Notes under the pieces: generated by a model
What the model was told of the DNA's origin: nothing
The model's input: only the letters and a program-made list of their open reading frames with translations
The model's database searches: none
From: Tubulanus polymorphus
Lineage: Eukaryota > Animalia > Nemertea
DNA length: 64,000 nt
Assembly (NCBI RefSeq): GCF_964204645.1
Contig: NC_134035.1
Location: 1,736,001-1,800,000 of the forward strand
Direction of reading: 5' to 3'
Program-made: the position numbers and the translations under genes
Shown: one piece after another, positions 1-14,334 of the stretch
How the letters are laid out: each line of letters starts with the position of its first letter
Position numbering within the stretch: the first letter of the stretch is position 1

Positions 1-170
1 TTCGGTCGGATCTCTCGTTTGTCGTGCGTTTATCTCTCTCTCTCTCTTTCGTAGTCGTGCGTTGTTTGTGTGCAAACATTTCTTATCTGTATGCACAATA
101 ACCGATAACGGAACGAAACTGAACGGTCGATCGCGATGGCGGCAACGCTGGCTGAAAGTGTGTGTTAGCA

Positions 171-392
171 AGACAAGAATAGTACTGGGTAGCATTCTAA
201 GACAAGAGTAAAACAGGGTGGCATTCTTAGTCTGCTAATATTAAGACCAGAGTAAAACAGGGTAGCATTCTGGACCACTAATATTAAGACCGGAGTAAAA
301 CAGGGTAGCATTCTGGACCACTAATATTAAGAAAGGAGTAAAACAGGGTTGCATTCTTAGCCCGCTACTATTGCGACAGTAAAACCGGGTAA
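171..392. repeat. 43-bp minisatellite, ~5 copies
   Basis: unit taagaccagagtaaaacagggtagcattctggaccactaatat. Confidence 0.8.
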
Positions 393-1714
393 TTTTCGAA
401 GCCAGCCAAACAGTAGTAATGATAACATTCACATCCCGCTTCTTTTCTATCTCTTTGAATCTCTGAGTTATCTTGTGTCCTCTTTATCTTGTGAATCAGA
501 AGTCACTAGAGTTGATCAGGAGAAAATACCTACTCGGTCATAAAAAGTCTTCAAGTATATATCGGATTTTGCGGGAGAGGACGAAGGCCTGTTTCTCGAT
601 TATAAAGTTTCTTGGTTATGCCAGCACTTGTGATGAATGTGATTAGACATAGGATATCTAGGCTTGCATAGAATTTTGATTGGGCTCTCAACGAGTAATG
701 CTTATCTTCCCAATTTTTGCCAAGTTTTGCCTTTTATTTATATCATTCGTCACGGTCTAGTACTACAGACGATTCCATGTTTTGTTGATAACATATGAAA
801 TGAATTATTCATTTCCTTGTTGATTGTGTTTGTTAAACAAACTCATTTTTGTCTGTCTGGGGGTTGTTTGTCTAAGGATATCTCTTTCAGCATGGTGGTA
901 GTCATTCCACGCTTTAAGATATAAAGTCATGTCATCATATGGTGATCGTTAGCAGCATTCAGACATGGTCCGGACTGAAATTGTTCCGCTTTTTGGTCTG
1001 TACTAAGTTTACAGGCAAAAGTATTTAAAGTTACGAAAATAGTTTTGGACCTGGCAATTTTGTTGGTCCCGGCGGACTAAATTCTAAAACGAGTTTTAAT
1101 TCTATGATTTCTGTCACTGATTGGCTCACATTGCACTCAGCGATCGAAACGGTGTTCCTTGTTCAGCGTGAAACACTGACACAATAAAAAAGATTTTCCA
1201 ATCCCGTCTTGTTTCTTGTTGCAGAGCGATGCACACATCACATAGAAAGACAGAAAAACAGATTTTTTGTCGAATTCTCATGTTGCACGTTAGGCTTAAC
1301 AAGGACGCAATAAAAAAAAAAACTTGGTCATCGATCAGTTCGAGTATACATCAACTCAGGTGTTGTTTGTCGTGAAATGGACTCAGTCATGAAAAAGCTA
1401 GATAACGCTTAAAACGCGATAGAAAAAAAACTTGGTCATTGATCAGTAGGTAGTTCTACGTGTCTCGGGAAGGAGTGAGGTTTAATCAATCAGTTGAACT
1501 CAGGCGAGGAATGACCCGGTGAATAGTCCTCGTTGATAGTCCTCCGCATCGTCCTCGTCGCCGTCGGACACTTCAATTGATTATCGGTTATCGTGGAAGC
1601 GCGATCTGCAAGAATTAGATAAACAAGATGTTTTTCCGCGATGAAACCGCGTACGCCGGAGCTCTCCTCGAAATGTGCGCTTAATTCGACCGTAAATTTG
1701 AAGTGTACTCGTTA

Positions 1715-1900
1715 TACGTTCAAATTCAAGTTCAAGTTCAAGTTCAAACTTATTTCACAGAAAGCATGACCGGCTATTTATACAGCCTGAGAGAAAAAAC
1801 AAACAATAAAATTTACAATTTTTAAAAAAGCGCAATTATCAAAAGAGAAGGAGAACAGTAGCTCTCTGAGTGGGCCAAGCAAACCCTTTAGGCCGCTGTC
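1715..1900 (-). mobile_element. Probable LINE/SINE 3' end with (TTGAAC)n tail
   Basis: Minus strand reads ...gaaataagt(ttgaac)n, a microsatellite-tailed retroelement end. Confidence 0.35.
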
Positions 1901-2443
1901 GCAAGCACCCAGGGAAAAAAAACGAAAGGAAAATGAAGAAAAAAAGGGAAAGGAAATGAGAGTTGATAGTTTTCGTATATCGGTGCTGTTGCTGCTGTTG
2001 TTCATTCGCTAATGATGAAAGCCCCCGCGATGAAGCAATTGTGACTGAACGCTTTGAGTCTTTTGATCGACTATGTCAGAAGCGTACTCTTGATCAGTAG
2101 GTTCGCTGTCGTTGCTCGTCACTCTTCTATATACTAATAAGCTGTTCTTTTCGGTCACTGCGTCTCATCGTCAAAATTGGCAATACCGCAATCAGTGGTG
2201 GCACCTTTATCAGAGCGGTCGGTCGTCTCTTACGAAACTCTGTCGTTTCGACGCATGGTCGCGGGATCAAAATATTCTGCCAGTCAGTCCTCCATCCAAT
2301 AATATCAAGTAATAGAAAATAGAAAGTTATGTAAAACCATCAAATTATTGTGGGTACACTGTAGCAAATAATAGTAGATACACTATAGCAAATAATAGTA
2401 GATATATATACCGTGGTATCCTTGAAGTAAGTGGACTGATTAC

Positions 2444-2640
2444 TTCACGCTGTATCAAATGATTGTGGATTCACTGTCTCAAATGATAGTGGGTTCACTG
2501 TATCAAATGATAGCCGATTCACTGTCTCAAATGATAGTGGGTTCACTGTATCAAATGATAGCCGATTCACTGTCTCAAATGATAGCGGATTCACTGTATC
2601 AAATGATAGTTGATTCACTGTTTCAAATGATAGTGGACAC
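2444..2640. repeat. 24-bp minisatellite, ~8 copies
   Basis: unit ttcactgtatcaaatgatagtggg. Confidence 0.9.
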
Positions 2641-3166
2641 AATGTCTTTTCAAGTTCTTGTAAATACTCTGTATCAAATAAATATGGACAGTGTGTATTG
2701 AATAATAGTAGATATACTATATTGAATAATTAATGAGTTGACTATTTCTTACTGTTATTTGTCTATCTTGTATCACAGACGCCTGCGGCAAACTCTGTGC
2801 TTACATATTTCATCATCTTGTCATAATCTAAATTGTAATTATGTCGTAACTAATCAGATTATATTAGATGTTGTCGATTACGGATTACGTTTTAACCACA
2901 TTTACATTTACTGAATTATTAACATACAGCAAAGCGTATCGGAGTATAGCTGAAACGAGCGAGCAAGCTAGCGAGCGTTCAGATTCGAGAGTCACGTTTA
3001 ACCTTTAATTGCCCGACCAGTACTTGTTGATGGAATATTGAAGAGGTGAGGCGAGTGAAGGGAAGTATAATAGAGGAGTGAATTCCAGTGAAGCTGAATT
3101 GGATTTGTGTCAATATGTGATTAATGAAATGAATATGAAGTAATTGACCTATTCTGCTATTAGTTG

Positions 3167-3335
3167 TCAGCTACTGCTGATGCTGTTGATCTTGCTACTG
3201 CTGATGCTGTTGATCTTGCTACTGCTGCTGCTGCTGTTCATCTTGCTATTGCAGCAGCTGCTACTGCTGATGCTGATGCTGTTGATCTTGCTATTGCTCT
3301 GCTGATGCTATTGCTGTTGTTGTTGCTGCTGCTGT
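3167..3335. repeat. Degenerate (GCT/GAT)n trinucleotide tract
   Basis: gctactgctgatgctgttgatctt units. Confidence 0.8.
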
Positions 3336-3979
3336 CAATGACATATTGATATTTCTAAATCTGAGAATTCGAAGTGTACAAAATTTTCAATTTCGCGCAT
3401 GCTTATGATATCCTGAAAGGTAACAACAGCTAATGCGAATGAAAACCCCACTTTTAAGATGTTGCAACATAACAGTATTTGCCATAGGGGGATTATTACC
3501 TTCATTCACCCTGAAACATTGTATGACTGTCTTTTGATCATTTTGAAATGTACATGATAGGTATTAGTTTAGTGTCTGAAACAGAGGACAGACAAGTTAA
3601 GCCAGCCTGTGAAGTAAAGGCTTACATAAGACACCAAAAAATACCAAAAGAAACATGATTAATTAAGTAATGGCATTGCACTACCGGAGACAAGTCAAAA
3701 TATCTTAAGATTCACATACCTACATATTTTATTAAAGACTCATTTAGGAAGCCACCAAAGCAGTTTTTTGCTGAGCTAGTAAACAAATCCTCAACATGAT
3801 CAGTTTCTTTGATACCAGAGAGAAGATCATTGTGATATCTAAGGGTTTTTAGCCTAGAACTTCAAATTGTTCGATTCATCGACCATGAATTTAAGAATTT
3901 ATAGATATTATATGGTATGTGATCTCCCGTAACTATAAATACCATGTTGGATCTCAGGAATTTGGAAACTTGAGATATG

Positions 3980-4165
3980 CTGTGCCCGTGGAGACCAAAG
4001 TCCTTTACTCTACCGAACATGTCCTGTGCCTGTGAAGACCAGGTCCTTTACTCTACTGAAGATGTCCTGTGCCTGTGAAGACCAGGTCCTTTACTTACTG
4101 AAGATGTCCTGTGCCTGTAGAGACCAGGTCCTTTACTTACCAAAGATGTTCCCATGCCCGTGCCT
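3980..4165. repeat. ~43-bp minisatellite, ~4 copies
   Basis: unit tgtcctgtgcctgtgaagaccaggtcctttactctactgaaga. Confidence 0.85.
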
Positions 4166-4179
4166 GCCAGTTCATCAAA

Positions 4180-4657
4180 TAAACACAGGCTCCCAGATCA
4201 CAAACACAGGCTCTCAGATCATGAACAGAGACTCCCAGATCATAAACACAGGCTCCCAGATCATAAACACAGGCTCCCAGATTATAAACACAGGCTCCCA
4301 GATCATAAACACAGGCTCCCAGATTATAAACACAGGCTCCCAGATCATAAACACAGGCTCCCAGATTATAAACACAGGCTCCCAGATCATAAACACAGGC
4401 TCCCAGATCATAAACACAGGCTCCCAGATCATAAACACAGGCTCCCAGATCATAAACACAGGCTCCCAGATCATAAACACAGGCTCCCAGATCACAAACA
4501 CAGGCTCCCAGATCACAAACACAGGCTCCCAGATCAGAAACAGAGACTCCCAGATTATAAACACAGGCTCCCAGATTACAAACACAGGCTCCCAGATTAT
4601 AAACACAGGCTCCCAGATCATAAACACAGGCTCCCAGATTATAAACACAGGCTCCCA
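4180..4657. repeat. 21-bp minisatellite, ~23 copies
   Basis: unit aaacacaggctcccagatcat. Confidence 0.95.
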
Positions 4658-6660
4658 GTAATGATCTATTTCCCAAAATCAGTGAGTAATTTGTATTTGG
4701 TGTGGTATGTGTACATTAGTGATTTGTTGTTCTATTCAGTATGTACTGACTGACTATGTTAGAGTTGTTTTCATTACCGTTCTGTTTTCACGGCGGAGCG
4801 TTCATTTTCGTGCTAATACACATTTATCAGAAGCACAGTTTATTACCCGGCCTCCCGACTGTGTTTTGTTATTAACGCAAAACTACCGGCGGATAATTTT
4901 TTCCGCTCTGCTCAGCAGCGGCACGAGCAACAGCAGCAGCAGCAGCAGCAGCACGGAGCGCAGCCATTCTTTCCCAGATGACCGTGACGGATGTTCTAAT
5001 TTCCTGTTCGCTGAATCTGAATTCTGTTATTTTGTGGAATTTCTCAGTCGAGATCGTACAAGAATAGCAGCCTACAACCTGGTAGTAGAAGTGAAATCAT
5101 AAGAACAACTCCCCTCCCCCCAGCCCCTAAAATGTTAAAACTATATTTGTCGTTCTTGTGGTTGCAGGCAATTTCCATAGGACCCTCAAATTTGTACTAA
5201 AGGCGCTTTATCAGTAAGGGTACCAAAGATTCTGAAAGAAGGAATTTTCATTCTGGTGAATTGGCACTCAAAATGCATCTTTAACAACCTTAATTTCTCC
5301 AGCAATCTACACTACTACCTGGATGCTTTCTTATCATCAAGTTTCCCTAAAATATTTCATTTCAAACAAGACCCTCAGAATTTGTTCCCCCCCCCTTTCC
5401 CCCACTCTAGTGAATTTCCGAGTCTCCGGGGAGCGTGGGAATCTGATCGCTAATGATCTCAATGATCGATTGATCGGTCTAATCTCAGTCGACACCCGAC
5501 GACGGGGACGGACGCCGTACGTGTCGTCGGTCGGTCGAACGAAGTAACGCTCGTCTGAAGATGGTTTTGTGATTCGTTGAATCGGTTCGACGATTCGCGC
5601 GCGCTCGAACGTCGGATACAAAACGCCGACGATAAACAATCAATGGAGGACGGACGACTCGAAAACGATTCATCTCTCGTCTGTCAGCGACGTCTTATCT
5701 TCAGACGGTCGTTCCGCCAGAACCGGCGCTTCTGATGATCAACTGCGGCCAGACAGCCAGCGCGCTCACGCGTTCATTAAAGATAAGTTTCCAGTCGGTC
5801 GGAATTCAGGTCACGGTTCGACGGTGTTGACACCGGGATAGGTTTGGGATAGGTTCGCGTTTGTTCGGGTAAATGACCGAAACGTGAGCCCGATTCCGGT
5901 CACGGTCTAGCCCGTGCAGCACGAAACGATGAGTAAACACGAAACACAAGTGTTTCTGTGTTTCTGGTGCTTTTTCACACCAAACTGTATACTGAAACAC
6001 CTGAGTTATGCCACACGGACTGACTGATCAATGATCAAGTTTTTTTTTTATATCGCGTTTAAGTTTTGGGACTAGCTAGGCAAGAATTCAACAAAAAAGA
6101 AAGTCATTTTCTGTCTTGTTACGTGACTGAGAAACAAGAAACACTTGAGAAAAATTGGCTTATGTTTCTCAAGACAAGAAACAGTGTTTATCAAAACGTG
6201 TTTCAATTGTTGTATATGGATGTCAGAGTAGCTAAACAAGAAACAGTGAAACAGTGGCACTGTCTGTTTCCACAGTGACACTGTCTGTTAAGTGAAACAG
6301 TGGCACTGTCTGTTTCCACAGTGACACTGTCTGTTCATTATATGTTTCATCTGGTATTTTTGACAGTCTATCATGACTCCATCAAGAGTAGTTTTTTTTT
6401 TCTCACGGCAAATATCCTGCTGCACTTAATATTCATGAAACTCGATCGTTGCATCAAGTAGTCAATATAGCTACTGATATACTGTCACGCAGAACATGAA
6501 AAACTCTTCCATGACATGTTGGAGATATTCCACGGCAATCAGCTGCCATCTGTACGTATAACACAGAGTCCAGTTTATTTAATCATTTATAGTCCTGTCG
6601 CTGCTCGGCATGTTTTTCAAGGCCATTCCTCGTGAAAATTCAACAGATATGCAGCGGTTG

Positions 6661-6865
6661 TTAGCCCTTACAGTGCTGACAAATTTATACCCTAAAGTGC
6701 TGGAGATTATTTGAATTTTACAACAAATTCCATCCCAGTGTGTTGAATAAGTGGCACTCTGCTTTATTGCGTCTACACCGTGGTGCGGTGTATCATTAGT
6801 TGCTAATATTTCACTATGTTTGGCAGGTGCTGCCATTTTTCATAAGACACAAAAGCTAATTATAT
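6661..6865 (-). mobile_element. piggyBac-type MITE copy, reverse, partial (another partial copy at ~24520-24645)
   Basis: Reverse complement of the family core (gcgtctacaccgtggtgcggtgtatc...caggtgctgccat). Confidence 0.7.
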
Positions 6866-8669
6866 ATGCTAATTATATAAGATATGCAGATCGAGAAAAA
6901 AAGGTGAACAAAATTTTGATCGGGTTAGATCTGTTACACCCGCCATCTGGTGGCTTAACTGCGAGATTTCCATCGGCTGTGATTTCATTATAGGTAAATT
7001 TCATTTGAAACAATCCACAGTCTTTCAGTTCAGCGAGATTGAGAATCAGGTTAATTCAGCGTGTGGAAGATCTAATTGTTATTAGCGGTAATCAATGTAT
7101 CCCGCATTCCCCGGCTATAGAGGCAGTAATTGAATTAATGCCAATTGCCCCGCAGGTCGGAGCAGGTCTCGGCTTATTTTATCTTTCATCGTACAGCTCG
7201 GGCCCCGCATCAACCCTCCTTATTAGATTTTACCAGGCAATTTACCGACAGTAGCTTGTATGTACGTATAAATATATAAATAGCATATCAGTGCTAAGTA
7301 TAAACGAATGGAGAATTATTACATAATATCCACAGTTTAAAACTTTGTTTTCCATTTCTGTTTGTTCATTTAAGGCCCGCCCCTCCCGTGAAGAGGGGGG
7401 GGGGGTTGTGGGCAATTTTCCATATTTGTCATTCTAAGTCTTATTTCTATAGGTTAAGAACTAAGATTAGATTCGATTTACTGCGATGAATATTATTAGC
7501 CTCAGTACAGACTGGTACTGACTGATATTAATCTCATTATTCAGAGTTAGTAAGTAAACACCCACAGTGTTAATGATTGTAATATTCAATTTCTGAATGA
7601 TTCAAAGTTAACAAAACAACCAAAAAAAACCAAGAGATGGAGAAAAAAAATCAAAAACTTTTCAGAAAAAATTCTTTTTCTCTGATGACTAAACTGTCAG
7701 AATGTTTTCTAATCATCAACTGTAGGATTTTACTTAGGAGGCTATCAGTATTCAGGCACGTGTAACAGGCATTCATGAATTCGCGACAAAAAGAATTACA
7801 GGGATATTATAGATTATGAGGTATAGTTATTATGTCATCGGTTAGATCAGAGAGGTGGCTTCAACCTCCCTGGTTAGATTCGTAATGCGATTGAGTTGAG
7901 CATGCTGATCTAATCTTGTGAGTGTATTGATGTTTTCTCCCAGGGAGCTCAACGCATCCATCTCTCCATCTCAAGTCGTATTTGTGTGCTGGCTCGTGTG
8001 TAGATTTTAATCGAGGAGAATTGTGGTATTTATTATTCGTCATTCAGGTTTCGTTTGAAAATCTTCAAAATTTACAATGTATTGCGTGTCTATCTGAGCG
8101 TCCATCTGTCTGTCGAGCTGAAAGCTGGTTAGTTGTCGAATAAACACTATAATCCGTGTAAACTGTAGATAAACGAAGAAATCCCACACTTCGAATTTGA
8201 AATTGTACTATCAAATTTATTATTACGAAACCGGAAAGCTGGTGTTTCAGCGTTACGTGCGAGCGTATGCTGTGTTAACTATCGCTCATATATATAAGGA
8301 TAAAAACAAGTTTATAAGAAATCATTGTTTATTTCCGAATGCAAACGTCTTTCTGAACAAATTAATCATTTTACAATTGGTAACCGCAATTTTGTGAGGG
8401 GACTTATGTCCCGTATTGTTGGGTCATTTTTCTCTGTTTTCTAAGAACTATTTCTTTTCTAAAGATCATTAATGATACGTGTTTTATTATATTTTGCTGG
8501 TCCCTTGGTGGATTTTGACAACTTTAGCAACATTCAAACCTTGGGAATCTCTAGTTTTCAGTTATGTCAAATTGATTTCTAAAATTTGCAACACTGAGGC
8601 ACGAGAGAGTGAAAACTGTAGTCAACTGTAGTCGATTACAGATCAAGCCAGACATTAGATTTGTTTTAG

Positions 8670-9190
8670 TATAACAAGGCTCTGAAAGTAGGTTGTAGCA
8701 TAACAAGGCACTAAGTAGGTTCTAGTGTAATAAGACACTGAAAATAGGTTCTATAACAAGGCACTGGAAGTAGGTTCTACTATAACCAGGTACTGAAAAT
8801 AGGTTCAGTATAACCAGGTACTGAAAGTAGGTTCTATAACCAGGTACTGAAAGTAGGTTCTATAACCAGGTACTGAAAGTAGGTTCTATAACCAGGTACT
8901 GAAAGTAGGTTCTATAACCAGGTACTGAAAGTAGGTTCTATAACCAGGTACTGAAAGTAGGTTCTATAACCAGGTACTGAAAGTAGGTTCTATAACCAGG
9001 TACTGAAAGTAGGTTCTATAACCAGGTACTGAAAGTAGGTTCTATAACCAGGTACTGAAAGTAGGTTCTATAACCAGGTACTGAAAGTAGGTTCTATAAC
9101 CAGGTACTGAAAATAGGTTCTAGTATAACCAGGTACTGAAAGTAGGTGCTTTAACAAGGCACTGGAAGTAGGTTCTAGTATAACGAGGCA
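8670..9190. repeat. 26-bp minisatellite, homogeneous core with diverged flanks
   Basis: unit tataaccaggtactgaaagtaggttc. Confidence 0.95.
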
Positions 9191-10013
9191 CTTGCATTGG
9201 AACAATTTTAGCTTGTAATTTTTCGTCACTCATGTGCGAAGTCAGGTTTAAATTGTTACACTTAATTCGTCTTAAATCAGCAATCAAATCAGCAATCAAA
9301 TCAACGGCTTGCATTCGTACAAATGAATTTATTCATCTACGCTGTTTAGACTTGAATCATACTTAATAGATGTATACCGTGCAGGGAACCGGAAGATTTC
9401 CCTATAACTGATCAACGCATTCTCCGACCGACCAGAATGATTCGCTATTAAATCAAATCAATACGATATGAAATTAATTCGAATGACTACTATACGTTCA
9501 ATCTATTATTCAATAATTTTCATAATCGCATTTGTGCGAACTCGCCGCGAACTTTCCTTCCTGGTAGTGATTTGGGCCTGGCTGCGACCTGGTCATGCAG
9601 TAAGCCACATTCGTAAGCCGTGATTTTCAGCCCGTGCCAAGTCAGGCCGGGAACAACAGTCGACACGGGTGTTAAACAGGCCCGTGCCTGTAAGCCACGA
9701 CATAAAACGTCTGACCAAATTTTGGTACTGGTCAAATTATTGCGCGTGAATTGCAACTGGTTCCGGAATGAATCACTGTTTCTAGAACGGAACGGACTAA
9801 ATATGGATCATGTTAAATGATTTAATGTGAATGCAGCCGTAGAAAACTAAATTCACTCATTATTGGCGCTCGGGATGCCCTTTTATCGAATTGCTTTGCC
9901 CTGAAAAAAAAAACACAAATTCGGAGATGTTGCCGCTGGATCCGTTTCTGTGCATCGATATCAATGACGATTTTACACGAAACAAAGCTTATATTTTCCG
10001 TACGTTTGTGTAC

Positions 10014-10014
<1 letters not shown>

Positions 10015-10094
<80 letters not shown>

Positions 10095-10166
10095 TGCATG
10101 CATGCATGCATGCATGCATGCATGCATACATACATACATACATACATACATACATACATACATACA

Positions 10167-10202
<36 letters not shown>

Positions 10203-10264
10203 TAGGACTTAATGTTTGATGTTGTCTGAATACGTTCCGTCCCTACTTGTAACCGATCAACTAG

Positions 10265-10353
<89 letters not shown>
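10015..10353. repeat. Compound microsatellite (TA)n-(TGCA)n-(TACA)n plus a second (TA)n
   Basis: direct reading. Confidence 0.95.
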
Positions 10354-12077
10354 CCAAAGAAACACTAAATTAAGTCAGTCTTTTGGATCATTAGATCCTC
10401 GGTCGGTCGCAGCCCTCTCTGAGGTGAATTTATTATCTGCGCAGCTCTGTGTGTACGTGCATCTGGCAGAGACGCGAATGTCGTTTGACCTGTCGGCTCG
10501 GCCGAGGCTGACTGATCAAAGCCGGCTCTGATGTGAGGAGGACACTGCGAAAATCAAGATATGCATTCGATTATTTGTGTCGTCGCGGACGATGTTGTTT
10601 GCTAAACGTGTCTCGCATATGACGGCGGGGAAAAAGATCAGCGCGTTCTCATTATCGGGGCCTTTCAGGATATAAAATGTACAGGTGACAATATTGATGT
10701 TTTTTTCTCCCATTGCGCGACTCCAGGGGTCGAATCCAGGGTGGGCAATATATCTTGAAAAGGGCATAATCTCTTGTCACCGACAAGGCCTTAGAGTGTA
10801 TGCATGCAGTGATTGAACGTAGCCTCCTAAAATCCTGTACTTCGATTTAAACAAAAAATTCCGTAAAATCGACCACACAACTACGGTTTATCTGTATTTC
10901 GATATCCGATTTAAAATCGAACCCCCTGTTTTCGCTCCCGGCAGGTGTGGTGGCTTTGTAAGGGACACGCAATCAACAAAAATCAAATGAAATTTACCAA
11001 CTAAGTAAATAAAGGGGTCAATCCTTATTTTAAGATTTAAAAAATCCCGGCGTATGGGAAAAGATGGGTTAAGGCGTATTGAACTGATTTCAAATAGATA
11101 GGTGGAAAGAATCAGAATTTTCTGGCTGCTTTTGGTTCTGAAGATGATGGATTCAATCTGAAAAGATGGGTTAAAGCACGCTGACTCGTCGTATATATAC
11201 TTCGTAAATGTGTCGGAAAGTTGAACGCGTGACTAATTTCGATGAGGATTATTAAATTTTCAAAGCCTCTGTTCTTCGTCGTTGTTGTTGTTATTCAGCT
11301 GCGACGAAGCGAATTGAAACGAGTCGTGTGTAAACTGCTTCAGCTGCGTTAGATTTCTTCAATTTTCGTTCTTCGGATCGCGTGCGCACGCGTTCTAAGA
11401 TTTCTTCATTAAGATATCGAGGTTGTCGCGTCGTCGATGAATTCGGTTCTCGTTTTTTTTTTTTTTTCGGAAAGAAAAATCAACATCTACTGTCTGAAAA
11501 CTGTCGTTAAACCGCTTTTCGAAACTTTTGAGAGAAGGGCACGGATGATTGCGACGATGATACGAGCGACACGGTCTAGATGTTTCGGGTTCCGGTTCGA
11601 ACGGATTGATGGCCGCGAGATCGCATCGGTTACGAATCATTGCGCGATGAAATCGCTCAGAATGAAGACGTATTAGACGACGGTAGAAATTACAGTCAAT
11701 AACATTTGACGTATGATATTTCAGTTGCTCTAGATATTACGTATCGGTGATCGATGATGGCAGCGACCGTGGCGCGGTCGGGGAACGGCGGTATCGGTAT
11801 TCGGTATAGATGTAATTACTAACTACGACTGCGTCGGTCAGCGCGGTTTCCCAGCAGCAGCAGCAGCAGCGGTGGTAGCAGTGTTGTCTTGTCTTACTCG
11901 GCATGTTTGTTCTGTTGAGTGGTGACGATGTGTTTCGTGCAGACTACGACATTCGACATTCGTGTTCTTACCGAGTACGCAATTAATGCTTCGAATCTGT
12001 TTCGATCGATTCGTAGAATGCACTACAAATATTAACTCACTCCAGTGACAGTTCTCTTCATTCTTGATCTATGAGCA

Positions 12078-12432
12078 TTCTCCTCTCCTCTCTTCGCTCT
12101 CCTCTCTCTTCGCTCTCTCCTCTCTCTTCTCTCCTCTCTTCGCTCTCCCCTCTCTCCTCTCTCTTCTCTCCTCTCTTCTCTCTCTTCGCTCTCCTCTTTC
12201 TTCCCTCCTCTCTCTTCGCTCTTCTCTCTCACCTCTCCTCTCTCTTCTCTCCTCTCCCCTCTCCCCTCTCCCCTCTACTCCTCCCTCTTTTCACTTTCTT
12301 CTCTCTCTTATTTCCTCTCTCATCTTTCTCACCTCTTCCTCTCTTTCTTCCTTTCTCCTCCCTCTTCTCCCCTCTCTATCTTCTCTCTTCTCTTCTTTCT
12401 TCTCTTCCTCATTCTCTTCCTCTCTTCTCTCT
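12078..12432. repeat. CT-rich polypyrimidine tract (~350 bp)
   Basis: Almost exclusively C/T on the + strand. Confidence 0.95.
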
Positions 12433-13194
12433 GGCCTCTCATGTGGATGTGGGTAGTGGTAACATATTGTTGCCAGTCTGTTGTTAAAAGGCTGCGTTTG
12501 ATAATCGTACACTGGATACAGAGGAATTTTACCTGCATTTCTATTTCTGATGCCCAGATTATTTACATCAGATCGCCACATCGCATATAAGTACACATTC
12601 GTATGTTGTAGTGTGTCAGTGGCTGATCCAGGGGGCGTCGGTGTGTGCCCCCTATTTTCTATACTTTTTAATTTTTTTTCATTTGAATTCAATGAGATGT
12701 TAGTTGTATTCAATCTTGGAGAATACCGGCGTTAGAGTCTATATTGTATAATACGAGCGAACTGACGGATCGTCGCTTGCCGCAGTAAGCGTTCCTCGGG
12801 TCTTCATTGATTTGAGTGGATGGCGATCGAAGTGAAGATTTACGAACCCGGCGACGTAATCCCGTCGTCAATCTAATATGGCTGCGACTAGTTGACGGCG
12901 TATGCGGCCGGTTCAAGGCTTTTATCGTCGCGGCCGGCTTCGTTCCGACGATAATCTCCTCGATAAACGAATCACTCGAAACTTCGTTTTTGTCGCGCGA
13001 AGAAGAACTAATCGTATGTGAACATCTGTAAAGAGTTTCGGTCGGATTGCGCGGGCTGAATCTAAATCGCGGGTTCGATTGACTAGGCCGACTTGGGAGC
13101 GTAACCTAGGTTCGCACTCCCCGAGATATGAACAAGAAAACAAACCTCGATGCCTTGAAGAAAAATAGCATATGTTGAATTGATGAAATCGAGT

Positions 13195-13525
13195 GTTAAG
13201 GATCAATTAAGTTATTTTGAATTTGAATATATCGAGAATTGAATTTAATTGAATTGACCGGTCACCAGTTCAGCCCCAATGTCGATGATATATAGGGCGC
13301 ATTCACTCAAAATTCATTATTTTAAAAAATGCATTTGAAAATAAAACAGAAAATAAGGGTCATAAACTATATTCGATTACAAAATAAACATCAAAATTCA
13401 TAATTGTTACTTTGAAACAACAATATTGATGACATATTGCACATCGACTCACACAGAACCCCTTTTAGTAGGTATCATTGTATATAAACATTATTGTTAT
13501 GGTTTTTACAGCATCAAAAACTGAA
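13195..13525 (+). repeat. Unclassified dispersed repeat; second copy at ~55365-55558 inside the U12 intron
   Basis: Shared blocks agttattttgaatttgaatat, tcgactcacacag-acccctt and ggtttttac...tcaaaaa. Confidence 0.65.
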
Positions 13526-14334
13526 TGTATTTTCTACTTGTAAAATGCAACTAGTAAAATAACGCGCACATGCAGGGCTGGTGGCTAGACATTGCTGAAA
13601 TACAGCGACGTCGCTGAGCTACGAAATGCTATTTCTCGTCGTTTTTATTGGAAATTAAAGAATGGACACTCCACGCCTATTGGCGGCCGTGTACGCGGAA
13701 TTTGAAGACCGTAGGTGCCGAGACTTAGCGTGACAATTATTTCTTCGCCATCGTCAATTATATTATGACGGTGTAGTTATCGAGTTTTAACAAGTATTTG
13801 TAGCACCTTACAGTAATTACTAAACCCTCTCACAACTCACAATGATTATCAGCGATCGGTCCACGGCGTTATTTGGCAGTATTTTTTTCTCGATGGATTC
13901 TTATCCTGACAAGGCGCGACTACCCGGGATTCATTACGAAAACAAGTTGCTCGTTAGGGGGCCTGCTGCTTCAGGAAATCAAATTTGCCCGCATTACGAG
14001 GACTTTTTACCCCTCGGATGTAGGTATTATCCTCATATTGTATCCGTCTGTTCAATTTTCCTATTACTTAATCTATGGTTTTATGATGGAAAAAGGATGA
14101 GCCTTATCGTTTTAGACATATTAAGGCCATCCAAGATGGCCGCCACAGCCATTTTGGTGTTTAAAATAGCAATTTTGGAGCTTGTTCCCATTCTACAGTC
14201 CAATTTTCTTGTTACTTGATCTGTGGATAAAGATCCATACTTCCATAAGTTACTGCTGAGCACTCGTAAGATGAATATTATTAGCGGGTACAGACTTTTG
14301 TTGTTAAATCATTGAGTCAACCGGCACTGATATG

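Noticed and set aside
2416-2432. U12-like donor GTATCCTTG and adjacent GTAAGT
   Set aside because: There is no plausible exon upstream, and the site is embedded in a decayed repeat.
4026-4753. Long overlapping ORFs (144-211 aa) with heptad repeats such as IINTGSQ
   Set aside because: They are open in four frames on both strands only because the 21-bp unit lacks stops in those frames; there is no splice or homology support.
9822-12713. ORFs with YIYI/MYVC/LSSL/ERRE low complexity
   Set aside because: These are translations of (TA)n, (TACA)n and CT tracts.
14125-14160. CAAGATGGCCGCC (YY1-like) motifs, also at ~47920 and ~60143, as promoter elements
   Set aside because: They occur in a shared ccatccaagatggc...gc(c/t)at(t/c)ttg context typical of a decayed dispersed repeat; there is no promoter evidence.
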